Part shown: in pieces, positions 19,466-28,488 of the stretch
How the letters are laid out: every line of letters starts with the position of its first letter
How positions within the stretch are numbered: position 1 is the stretch's first letter
Assembly (NCBI GenBank): GCA_963737655.1
Contig: CAVTTN010000002.1
Location: 5,536,001 to 5,600,000 of the forward strand
Length of the DNA stretch: 64,000 bases
Reading direction: 5' to 3'
Origin: an uncultured Planctomycetota bacterium
Lineage (GTDB): Bacteria > Planctomycetota > Planctomycetia > Isosphaerales > Isosphaeraceae
Notes under the pieces: model-generated
The model's database searches: none
What the model saw: the letters and a program-made list of their open reading frames with translations, nothing else
What the model was told of the DNA's origin: nothing
Program-made: the position numbers and the translations under genes

Positions 19466-21744
19466 TCAGAGCAGGCTGAGCGGGTCCACGTCCACCGCCA
19501 GCTCGATCCCGTGGGGCGCGACGATCCCCGGCATCTCGGCATGCAACAGCGATTGCAGCGGCTTCGCCGAGGCGGCCTGGAGCCTCAGGTGATAGCGGAA
19601 CAGATCGCGGATCTTGACCACCGGCGCCGGCGACGGCCCGAGCAGCTTCACCCCCGGGGGCGCGGCCTGACGGAGCCGGTCGGCCACCCCGGCGAGGAAC
19701 GTCCGGGTCGCCGCCTCGTCCGGCCCCCGGGCGATCAGGCGGACCATCCTCCCGAACGGCGGCAACCCGTGTTCGCGGCGTCGCGAGAGCTCGGTCTCCA
19801 GGAACCCGAGGTAATCGTGCTTCGTCGCCGAGACGATCGCCGGCTCCTCCGGGCAGAACGTCTGCACCAGGACCTTGCCCGGCCTCTCGCCGCGACCGGT
19901 CCGGCCCGCCACCTGCGCCACGAGCTGGAACGTCCTCTCGGCGGCGCGGAAATCCGGCAGGTGGAGCGAGGTGTCGGCGTTGACGACCCCCACGAGCGTC
20001 ACGTTGGGGAAGTCCAGCCCCTTGGCGATCATCTGGGTGCCCAGGAGGATGTCCACCTGGCCGTCCTTGAACGCCTTGAGCACCTGTTCGTGACTGCCCG
20101 GGGCCTTCATCGTGTCCGAGTCCATCCGCCGGACGACCGCATCGGGGAACGCCGATTTGACCTCGCGCTCCAGCCTCTCCGTCCCCACGCCCCCATAATG
20201 CAGGGCCGACCGGCACGACGGGCACGTCTCGGGCGGCGTCCTCTCGGAGTCGCAGGCGTGGCACTGGGCCTTCTTTCGGCCCTTGTGGTGCGTGAGCGCC
20301 ACGTCGCACGACCCGCACTTGAGCACGTGGCCGCATTTCGGGCAGAGGATGAACGTGTGAAACCCCCGGCGGTTCAGGAGCAGGATGACCTGACCCCGGC
20401 CGTCCAGGGCCTCGCGGATCGCCACCTTCAAGGCCCCGCTGAGCCCGCCCACCGGCGAGCCCGGCTCGGGCTTCTCGCCGCGGAGGTCGATCAGGCCGAC
20501 CTCGGGCATCGGGCGGTCGGCCACCCGCTTCGTCAGAGGGATTCGCGTGTATCGGCCGTTCTGGGCGTTGTTCCACGTCTCCAAAGCCGGGGTGGCCGAG
20601 CCGAGGATCACCGGGATGCCCAGCCTCTGCGCTCGGACCATCGCCACGTCCCGGGCATGATAACGCGGCGACGTCTCCTGCTTGAACGTGCTCTCATGTT
20701 CCTCGTCGATCACGATCAAACCGAGGTTCCTCGCCGGGGCGAACACGGCCGACCTCGCCCCGACGACCACCTGGACGTCCCCCGCCGCGATCGCCCGCCA
20801 GTGCCGATGCCTCTCGACGTCCGACAAATGGCTGTGGAGCACCGCCACCTTCGCGAACCGGCGGCGGAACCGGCGGATCGTCTGGGGGGTCAGGCTGATC
20901 TCGGGGACCAACACGATCGCCTCGCGACCCCGGGCGACGACCCGCTCGATGGCGCTCAGATACACCTCGGTCTTGCCGCTGCCCGTGACGCCATGGAGCA
21001 GGAACGCGGAGAAGGCGTCGCCGTCCAGGGCCGGCGCCATCCGGTCGAGCGCCTCGCGTTGTTCGTCGGTCAGGTGCAAGGGGGCTCGCGGAGGCTCGAT
21101 CGCCGGGTCGGCCGGCGAGGGCAAGGGCTTGTCGGTCCTCCTCTTCAGGGATCGGATCAATCCCTTCCCGCGAAGCTCGGCGACCGTCCCCGGCTTGCAC
21201 ACGGCGAGCCGGCAGACGTCTTCCAGAGTCAAGAGCTCATTCGACCGGCAGAGGACGGCCAGCGCCTCGGCCTGCTTGGGCGGCAAGTTATAGGTATCGC
21301 GCGCGAGCTTGACCTCCTCGGGCGCCACGAGGAACGTCCTCAAATGCGTCCCGGCGGCCTTCTTGACGCCGGCCGGGACCACGGCATCGAGCGCCTGGCC
21401 CCACGAGCAGGCATAATAGGTGGCCATCCACCGGGTCAGCGAGAGCATGGACGGGTCGATCAAGGGCGGGTCGTCCAGGACGTCCAGGATGTCCTTGATC
21501 CGCGCGGCTCCAGCCCCTGCTCGGGTTCCGCATCCATCGTCACGCAATAGCCGACGGCCGGCGAGTTCCCCCGGCCCAGGGGGACCGTCACCCTCGCGCC
21601 GATCGTCAGCCTCGCCGCCAGTCGCGCCGGCACCCGGTACGAGAAGACCTGATCGACCGGGCGGTTCAGGACGACCCCGGCGAACGGGCCTTCCCCCTCC
21701 GGGGCGAACAGGGCGACCTGGCGTTTGGCGTTGACAGGGTTCAT
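19466..21744 (-). CDS. priA: Replication restart helicase PriA (apparent frameshift near 21505)
   Basis: N-terminal FSYRVP...GARVTVPLG; HGVTGSGKTEVY, DEEH, GSATP, Cys clusters CPKC/CGSC/CHAC/CPSC, GTQMIAKGLDFP, DVDP end. Confidence 0.95.
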
Positions 21745-21869
21745 CGGCGGCGGAGATGGTGTCCGAAGGATCGTTCGGGCGCGATCCCCCCGGAGGATTA
21801 TCGCCCGCTTCTGTACCCTTGTCCATGGAAATCCTCGGGAAATCCATCGCGAGAGAGGAACGACCACCG

Positions 21870-22472
21870 ATGCGCCTGGGCCTCTTCGGCGGGACGTTCG
21901 ACCCGATCCACCTCGGCCACCTGATCCTGGCCGAGACGTGCCGCGAGGCGTGCGGGCTGGATCGGGTCTGGTTCGTGGTGGCCGGATCGCCGCCCCACAA
22001 GCCCGGGGCCCGGACCTCGGCCGCCCATCGGCTGGAAATGGCCCGGATCGCCACGGCCGGGAACGCCGCGTTCGTCGTCTCGGAGATCGAAACGACCGGC
22101 CCCGGCCCGAATTACAGTTTCGAGACGGTCGAGGCGATCGCCCGCGACCATCCCGGCGACGAACTCTTCTTCCTGATCGGCGCCGACAGCCTCGCCGACC
22201 TCCCGCGCTGGAAGAATCCGGACCGGATCGCCCGATCGGCCACGATCGTCGTCGTGAACCGGCCGGGGATCGACCCGTCCGTCCTCCTCGAACCGCCCGA
22301 CCTCGGGCCCGACGCCCGCCCGATCGTCGCGGTGACGGTCCCGCCGATCGGGATCGCCTCGCACGAAATCCGCCGCAAGGCGAGCGAGGGCCGATCGATC
22401 CGCTACCAGGTCCCCAGGGGCGTCGAGGCGTACATCGCCGAGCAGGGGCTGTATCGAGGACGGTCCGGGTGA
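21870..22472 (+). CDS. nadD: Nicotinate-nucleotide adenylyltransferase
   Basis: GLFGGTFDPIHLGH, PPHK, FLIGADSL, IASHEIR, YIAEQGLY. Confidence 0.96.
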   Translation: MRLGLFGGTFDPIHLGHLILAETCREACGLDRVWFVVAGSPPHKPGARTSAAHRLEMARIATAGNAAFVVSEIETTGPGPNYSFETVEAIARDHPGDELFFLIGADSLADLPRWKNPDRIARSATIVVVNRPGIDPSVLLEPPDLGPDARPIVAVTVPPIGIASHEIRRKASEGRSIRYQVPRGVEAYIAEQGLYRGRSG

Positions 22473-22479
22473 CCCCCAA

Positions 22480-23331
22480 ATGCAAGAATACGACCGCGCG
22501 AGCAAGTGGCTGATCGGCCATCACGGCGACGCGATCCTGAGGATGGCGGGCGTGACGGATTTCGTCTCCTGGAAGGCGCTTCCGGCGGAACTCGTGCAGC
22601 CCCGGCAGTTGCCCGACGGGATGATCGAGGTCGTCCGCCCCGGGAAGTCCGAGCCCGAGGTCTTCGTTTTGGAGCTGGCCACCGATCCCGACGCCCGGAT
22701 CGCCGACCAGGCGCTGAGGGACATGACGCTCGTGTTCCTCGACCGCCGGGAGTTGCCCGAGGTGCTGGTCCTGGTCCTTCATCCCAAGGGGAACCTGCGG
22801 GCCCCCGGGTCGGCGGAGGTCGCCAGCCCCGAGAGGTGGAGCGGCCTCCGGGCCTCCTGGAGGGCCATCGAGCTCTGGACGATCCCGGCCGAGGCCCTCC
22901 TGGCCCTGGACGACCCCGGAGTCTTGCCCTGGGTCCCCCTGGCGAAGATCGACGGGCCGCCCGAGCCGATCTTGCGGGAATGCCGCGATAGGATCGACAA
23001 TACGGCGCCCGAGGAGGAACGCGAGAACCTCCTGGCCGTGATCCAGGTGATGCTCGGCCTGAGGTACGAGGACCCGAAGCTGTTCACCCTGTTCGGAGGG
23101 CGAGGGGCCATGATCGAGTCGCCGGTCTTGCAGCGGTTCCTGGCCGAAGAGATGTCCGAGAGCATGGCGAGGCTGCTGGTCCGAGTGCTGGAATCGCGAT
23201 TTGGGGCCCTCGGTTCCTCGTTGGCGACGGCCATCCTCGCGATCCAGGACCCGACGAGGTTGAACGATCTCATGGTCGTGGCCGCCAATTGCCGAGACCT
23301 GGACGCTTTCCAGGCGGAGTTGGCCCGCTGA
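22480..23331 (+). CDS. Rpn-like (PD-(D/E)XK nuclease/putative transposase family) protein
   Basis: MQEYDRASKWL...LPDG..EV...FVLELAT; LWTIPAEALL...LPWVPL; C-terminal MIESPVL...RFG...L module. Confidence 0.7.
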   Translation: MQEYDRASKWLIGHHGDAILRMAGVTDFVSWKALPAELVQPRQLPDGMIEVVRPGKSEPEVFVLELATDPDARIADQALRDMTLVFLDRRELPEVLVLVLHPKGNLRAPGSAEVASPERWSGLRASWRAIELWTIPAEALLALDDPGVLPWVPLAKIDGPPEPILRECRDRIDNTAPEEERENLLAVIQVMLGLRYEDPKLFTLFGGRGAMIESPVLQRFLAEEMSESMARLLVRVLESRFGALGSSLATAILAIQDPTRLNDLMVVAANCRDLDAFQAELAR

Positions 23332-23413
23332 ACCCCGTGGATGCGGCGGACCGGACCCCGGAGCGGCTCGATGGGGAGAACGGTTGATGCCGCCTGGTCG
23401 GGAGGGAGGGCCC

Positions 23414-23622
23414 ATGATCGAGTCGCCGGTGTTGATTCAGTTCGTCGCGGAGAGGCTTCATCGCAATCTTTTGATTTTTCTGAAAGGGCGCTTCGGGCCC
23501 CTCCCGGCGGACATTGAGGAGGCGCTGGGCGGGTCGTCGATGAGCAGAAGCTCGACGAACTGGCGGACCTCGCCTCCCATTGTCCCGACCTCGACACCTT
23601 CCGCGCCGCCCTGCCGAAGTGA
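23414..23622 (+). CDS. Orphan copy of the Rpn C-terminal module (RpnS-like), apparent frameshift near 23527
   Basis: GGAGG RBS; MIESPVLIQFVAE...KGRFGPLPADIEEAL, then shifted frame VVDEQKLDELADLASHCPDLDTFRAALPK*; aligns with the end of the upstream gene. Confidence 0.65.
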
Positions 23623-23713
23623 TTCGAATTCCGCGCCCGGAAATCGGTGGAGGATCGTGCCGGTGGCGGGCTAGGATTCGCCAGACTTCCCGATCCGAAG
23701 GGCGAATCCTCCG

Positions 23714-24820
23714 ATGACGACCGCGAAGATGTTGGGGCCGAGTCCGGCCGAGATGTATCGGGCGAGCGTCGATCGCGACCCGTCGTATGACGGCCTGTTC
23801 GTGATGGCCGTGAAGACGACCGGGATCTTCTGCCGGGCGACGTGCCCGGCTCGCAAACCGCGGTTCGAGAACGTCGAGTTCTTCGAAACGACGACCGAGG
23901 CCATCCGCCGCGGCTACCGGGCGTGCAAGCGGTGCCGGCCGACCGAGGCGGCGTCTCCGGAGTGGTTCCGGGCCTTGATGGACCGCCTGTCGGCCGACCC
24001 CGGCGCCCGGATCACCGATGAAAACCTTCGCGGCCTGGGGATCGGCCCGGATCGCGCCCGCCGCTACTTCAAGGAGCACCTGGGGATGACGTTCCACGCG
24101 TATCATCGGGCCCGGAGGATGGGATCGGCCCTGGTCGGCGTTCGTTCGGGAGAGGATTTGCTGGAGGTCGGCCTGGGACACGGGTTCGAGTCGGCCAGCG
24201 GCTTCCGCGAGGCGTTCTCCCGCCTGTTCGGCGCGCCCCCGGGACGCTCCCGAGATGCCTCGTGCCTCGTGGCCGACTGGCTCGACACGCCCCTGGGACC
24301 GATGGTCGCCGTCGCCGGGGACGCGGGCCTCTGCCTCCTGGAATTCGCCGATCGGAAGTCGATCGAGGCGCAGGTGGCGGCCCTCCGGGGGCATTTTGAG
24401 GGGCCGATCGTCCCGGGACGGAACGTCCATCTCGACCGGGTCGCCGCCGAGCTCTCGGCGTACTTCGCGGGTGCCCTCCGCGAGTTCACCGTCCCCCTGA
24501 TCCACCCCGGTTCGCCGTTCCAGGAGGCCGTCTGGGGCGAGTTGAAGCGAATTCCTTACGGAAGAACGACTTCGTATGGCGCCGTGGCCGAGGCGATCGG
24601 CCGACCCGGGGCGAGCCAGGCCGTCGGCCGGGCCAACGGCGAGAACCGCCTGGCGATCGTGGTCCCGTGCCATCGGGTGGTCCGCTCCGACGGCCATCTC
24701 TGCGGCTATGCCGGCGGGCTTCGCCGCAAGGAATGGCTCCTGGACCTGGAACGGCGAACCCTGGGGGGCGAGGTCCAGAAGACCTGGCGTTTTGTCGAGG
24801 ATTCGCCGATGATCGGGTAG
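23714..24820 (+). CDS. ada: Bifunctional Ada: metal-binding domain, AraC HTH, O6-methylguanine-DNA methyltransferase
   Basis: VKTTGIFCRATC, GYRACKRCRP, GFESASGFREAF, VPCHRVV. Confidence 0.95.
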   Translation: MTTAKMLGPSPAEMYRASVDRDPSYDGLFVMAVKTTGIFCRATCPARKPRFENVEFFETTTEAIRRGYRACKRCRPTEAASPEWFRALMDRLSADPGARITDENLRGLGIGPDRARRYFKEHLGMTFHAYHRARRMGSALVGVRSGEDLLEVGLGHGFESASGFREAFSRLFGAPPGRSRDASCLVADWLDTPLGPMVAVAGDAGLCLLEFADRKSIEAQVAALRGHFEGPIVPGRNVHLDRVAAELSAYFAGALREFTVPLIHPGSPFQEAVWGELKRIPYGRTTSYGAVAEAIGRPGASQAVGRANGENRLAIVVPCHRVVRSDGHLCGYAGGLRRKEWLLDLERRTLGGEVQKTWRFVEDSPMIG

Positions 24821-24850
24821 GAAACGACCCCGCCGATCGGAGGTGCCGCG

Positions 24851-25720
24851 ATGAGCACGACCGCCCGAGGGATCGCCTGGCTGGTCCCGCCGGACCCCGA
24901 CTATCCCTCCTGCGACGGCAAGAGGATGTCCGACAACACCACGCAGTACGAGTGGATCGTCACCATCGTGGGCGGACTGAAAGGCCAGTACCGCGACGAC
25001 CCGAACGTCTTCGTGGCCGGCGACTTCCTCTGGTATCCGGTCTTCGGCGACCCCAAGACCCGGATGGCCCCCGACGGCATGGTCGTCTTCGGCCGACCCA
25101 AGGGCGAGCGCGGGGCGTATCTCCAGTGGCGGGAGGAGAACGTCCCGCCTCACGTCGTCTTCGAGGTCCTCTCGCCGAAGAACAGCAAGGCGGAGATGGC
25201 CCGCAAGCTCGCCTTCTACGAGAAATACGGGTCCCAGGAATATTACGTCTACGACCCGAAGAAGATCCGGCTCAGCGGCTACCTCCGCGACGGCGACACG
25301 CTCCGGCCGATCCCCGAGATGAACGGCTGGGTCAGCCCGAGGCTGGGCATCCGCTTCGACATGACCGGCCCCGAGCTCGTCCTGTACCACCCCGACGGCT
25401 CCCCGTTCCGAACCTACGAGGAAGTCATCGCCCTGGCCGAGGAGAACGAGCAAAAGGCCGACGAGCAAGAACGCCGGGCCGAGGAGCAAGAGCGCCGGGC
25501 CGACGAGCAGGAACGCCGGGCCAACGCGGAGGTCCGTCGGGCCGAGCAGCAGCGCCGCAAGGCCGAAGCCGAGGCGAAAAAGGCCGAGGCCGAACGCCAG
25601 AAGGCCGAGGCCGAACGCCAGAAGGCCGAGGAGGCGCGTCGCGAGGCCGAGGCGCAGAAGGAACGGGCCGAGCGGCTGGCCGCCCGGCTCCGTTCGTTGG
25701 GGATCGATCCGGAGACTTGA
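24851..25720 (+). CDS. Uma2 family endonuclease with coiled-coil tail
   Basis: YPSCDGKRMSDNT, APDGMVVFGRPKG, FEVLSP, FYEKYGSQEYYVYDP; tail ending AARLRSLGIDP. Confidence 0.9.
   Translation: MSTTARGIAWLVPPDPDYPSCDGKRMSDNTTQYEWIVTIVGGLKGQYRDDPNVFVAGDFLWYPVFGDPKTRMAPDGMVVFGRPKGERGAYLQWREENVPPHVVFEVLSPKNSKAEMARKLAFYEKYGSQEYYVYDPKKIRLSGYLRDGDTLRPIPEMNGWVSPRLGIRFDMTGPELVLYHPDGSPFRTYEEVIALAEENEQKADEQERRAEEQERRADEQERRANAEVRRAEQQRRKAEAEAKKAEAERQKAEAERQKAEEARREAEAQKERAERLAARLRSLGIDPET
25457..25621 (+). repeat. 21-bp tandem repeats encoding heptads in the Uma2 tail
   Basis: Three near-identical units 25457-25519 (ADEQERR/AEEQERR) and two exact units aaggccgaggccgaacgccag 25580-25621. Confidence 0.85.
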
Positions 25721-25731
25721 ACCGGAGAGGG

Positions 25732-26211
25732 TCAGGAGAGCGGCTTGTCCAGGTCGATCACCAGGTCTTCGCCTCCGGGCTTGACCTCTCGGATGATCAC
25801 GGTCGAGGACGCTTCGCCGAAGCGTCCTCCGAGCGTGTCGTCCTCGCGGTCCAGGAGCTTCCTGTCCTTCACCGCCTTGGCCTTGGCGGCGTCGAAGGCG
25901 TCTCGCTTGAGCTTCTGGGTGATCAGGACGCGGTACTTCCCCGGAGGGATGCCCGCGCCGTCGGCCCCGGCCAGGACGAAGGTCCCGTTGGTTTGATCGA
26001 CCTGGGCCCAGTATTCCTCGCCGACCCGGGCCTGAGAAGAAGGCTCGGTGCGGACCAACGTCACCCGGACGGATTGATCCGAGGGGGCGGCATAAGGCCC
26101 GCCCCCCTTGATCAGCTTGCCGGAGGCCCGGACCGTCTCGCCGGAACCGCATCCGGACAGGGCCGCCAGCGGGACGAGCCAAAGGACCAGGGCGAAATCT
26201 CGGCGTCTCAT
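25732..26211 (-). CDS. Lipoprotein, carboxypeptidase-regulatory-like domain (usual DUF1559 partner)
   Basis: Lipobox LSGC; GTFVL..GIPPGKYRVLI. Confidence 0.8.
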   Translation of the reverse strand: MRRRDFALVLWLVPLAALSGCGSGETVRASGKLIKGGGPYAAPSDQSVRVTLVRTEPSSQARVGEEYWAQVDQTNGTFVLAGADGAGIPPGKYRVLITQKLKRDAFDAAKAKAVKDRKLLDREDDTLGGRFGEASSTVIIREVKPGGEDLVIDLDKPLS

Positions 26212-26261
26212 CGGTGGGTGGTTCCGGAAATCCGGGGGAGGAGAGGACCGGGCGGATCGGC

Positions 26262-27431
26262 TCAATAATCGGTGGCGCTGAGGACCGTGCCATCGTTGCG
26301 GGTCAGGATCGCGAACCAGATCCGGTTGCTGATGGAGTTCTTGACGAAGCGGACGCTGCCGTCACCGAACCCCATGTTCACGCCTCCGGGGTGCTGGCTG
26401 CGGCACTGCCCCCCGCTGTTGTACATGCCCCCTCCGCAGTTGAAGCCCATGCCCATCGCCGCGGCGTTGGGGAACTGGGCGCCGAGGATCGGGCCGTTCT
26501 GCATCTCGTCGCCGCCGTCGTCGCAGTTCGGGTAGTTCAGGCCCATCATGTTGTTGGGCGTGGGGTTGTACGATTTGGCGTGACCGCAAAGGCTGGCCAT
26601 CGCCAGGCCCAGGGCCCAGGTGCCGCGGATGTCCATCGAACCCAGCCCCGCGCGGAGCTCGCCGATGGCCGCGGTGTTCGACAGCCCGTCGGTCACGTCG
26701 GCGATCCTCGCCCCGTAGTTGATGCTCATCATCCCCGATTTGGACAGGCCCTTGTACGGCGCCGCCGTCGTCCCGTCGTAGCCGTTGACGACGTGGTCCG
26801 GGTCGGTCGAGCCCTGGACGGCCCCGTAGTTGCCCCGGGCCCAGTTGGTCAGAAGCGTGCCGGTCCTCTGGTCCTTCGGCGCGAGCTGCGGGTAGTTGGC
26901 GGCGTCGGCGTCGGAAAAGAACACCTTGCCGGGGCCGTTGAGCGAGTCCGACGGGCAGAGGAAGGCGCTCAGCCGGGTCGTCCGGAGCGTGGTACAAGCC
27001 CAGTCCATGTTGTAGAGGTTGGCGTTCGGGGCGGTGTCCGTGGGGTTGATCGTGCTGTTGTACGGCCCGGTCCAACCCGGGTAGCCCAGGACGTTGGAGG
27101 CGTTGAACAGCGTGGCCTGCTCGATGTACGGCAGGATCATCACCGCCCAGTTCGGCCCGAACGGCTCGGTCTGATCGCTGGTCAGGCCGTCGGACGCCTG
27201 ATTGTTCGTCAGGCCGTTGACGTAAGGCTCGTTCACGCCCTTGGGGAAGCTGCCGTTGGACGACTCGAAGTTGTGGATGCCCAGCAAGAGCTGCTTCATG
27301 TTGTTGGTGCACTGGGCCCGTCGGGCGGCCTCTCGGGCGGCCTGGACCGCCGGCAGGAGCAGCGCGATCAGGACGCCGATGATCGCGATGACGACCAGCA
27401 GCTCGATCAGGGTAAAACCCTTGCGCTTCAT
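26262..27431 (-). CDS. DUF1559 prepilin-like protein
   Basis: GFTLIELLVVIAIIGVLIALLLPAVQAAREAARRAQCTNN; DGLSNT; HPGGVNMGFGDGSVRF. Confidence 0.96.
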   Translation of the reverse strand: MKRKGFTLIELLVVIAIIGVLIALLLPAVQAAREAARRAQCTNNMKQLLLGIHNFESSNGSFPKGVNEPYVNGLTNNQASDGLTSDQTEPFGPNWAVMILPYIEQATLFNASNVLGYPGWTGPYNSTINPTDTAPNANLYNMDWACTTLRTTRLSAFLCPSDSLNGPGKVFFSDADAANYPQLAPKDQRTGTLLTNWARGNYGAVQGSTDPDHVVNGYDGTTAAPYKGLSKSGMMSINYGARIADVTDGLSNTAAIGELRAGLGSMDIRGTWALGLAMASLCGHAKSYNPTPNNMMGLNYPNCDDGGDEMQNGPILGAQFPNAAAMGMGFNCGGGMYNSGGQCRSQHPGGVNMGFGDGSVRFVKNSISNRIWFAILTRNDGTVLSATDY

Positions 27432-27654
27432 GGGACAGGAACTCCGAGGAGAAAAGCCAACCGGGCGGACGAGCGGCTCACCTTGCCACATCGCCGGGGG
27501 ACCATGATGAAGCGTTCGCGAATGTTTCGTGTGGTTCGCCGACTCCCGATCCGCCTCATCCCGGGCGGCCGGTCCGGCCGATAGGACACTTCGGATGCAA
27601 TCCGGTCCTCCCCGGACCGGCGGGCCTGACCCTTCAGGGAGGGGCGGAGCGACG

Positions 27655-28461
27655 ATGGCCTCCTCGCCGAATGATCCCAAGCCGACGCTGGACGCCGCCC
27701 CGGGCCGTCGGGACGAGCTCGATGCCCTCCGCCGCCAGGTCGTCGACCTCCAGAGAGTCTCCAGCCTGGGCGTCCTGGCCGGCTCGGTCTGCCACGAGCT
27801 GAACAACGCCCTGACGCCCGTCCTGAACTACGCCAAGCTCGGGCTGAGGAACCCCGACCCCGAGTTCCGCCGCCGCGCCTTCGAAAAAATCCTCGAAGGC
27901 GCGATCCGCGCCTCGGCGATCACCTCCGGGGTGCTCGGCCTGGCCCGCCCTCAGTCCGACGTCAAGGCCCCGGCCGACCTCGTCCGCCTGGTCGAGGAGG
28001 TCGTCCTCCTGGCCGGCAAGGACCTCCAAAAAGGCCGGGTGAAGGTCGAGCTCCGGGCCGAGGGGCGGCCGTTCGCCCGGGTGAACCCGGCGCAGATCCA
28101 GCAGGTCTTGCTGAACCTGGTGATCAACGCCCGTCAGGCCATGCCCGACGGCGGGACGCTCCGCCTGGGGATCGCCGCCGACCCCTCCGGCCGGTCCGCC
28201 GAGATCAAGGTCGCCGACACCGGCCAGGGGATCGCCCCGGCCGACCTCCGCCGGATCTTCGAGCCGTTCTTCACCACGAAGACCGGGCCGGATTCCTCGG
28301 GACAGGGCGGGACCGGCCTGGGCCTCTCGGTCTGCCGGGACATCGTCGAGGCCCACAAGGGCCGCCTCCGCGCCGAGAGCCGGCCGGGTCAGGGCACGAT
28401 CTTCACCCTGAAGCTCCCGGCCTGCCCGAATCCCGCCGAGAAAGAAAAAGGCGCGGCCTGA
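27655..28461 (+). CDS. Histidine kinase (HisKA + HATPase) lacking a sensor domain
   Basis: HELNNAL, QVLLNLVINA, DTGQGI, FFTTK, GTGLGL. Confidence 0.92.
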   Translation: MASSPNDPKPTLDAAPGRRDELDALRRQVVDLQRVSSLGVLAGSVCHELNNALTPVLNYAKLGLRNPDPEFRRRAFEKILEGAIRASAITSGVLGLARPQSDVKAPADLVRLVEEVVLLAGKDLQKGRVKVELRAEGRPFARVNPAQIQQVLLNLVINARQAMPDGGTLRLGIAADPSGRSAEIKVADTGQGIAPADLRRIFEPFFTTKTGPDSSGQGGTGLGLSVCRDIVEAHKGRLRAESRPGQGTIFTLKLPACPNPAEKEKGAA

Positions 28462-28488
28462 GCGGCGACGAGGCCTCCGCGCCCCTCG

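Noticed and set aside
25457..25621. Tandem repeats as CRISPR or DGR elements
   Set aside because: In-frame heptad repeats typical of Uma2 coiled-coil tails; no reverse transcriptase in the window
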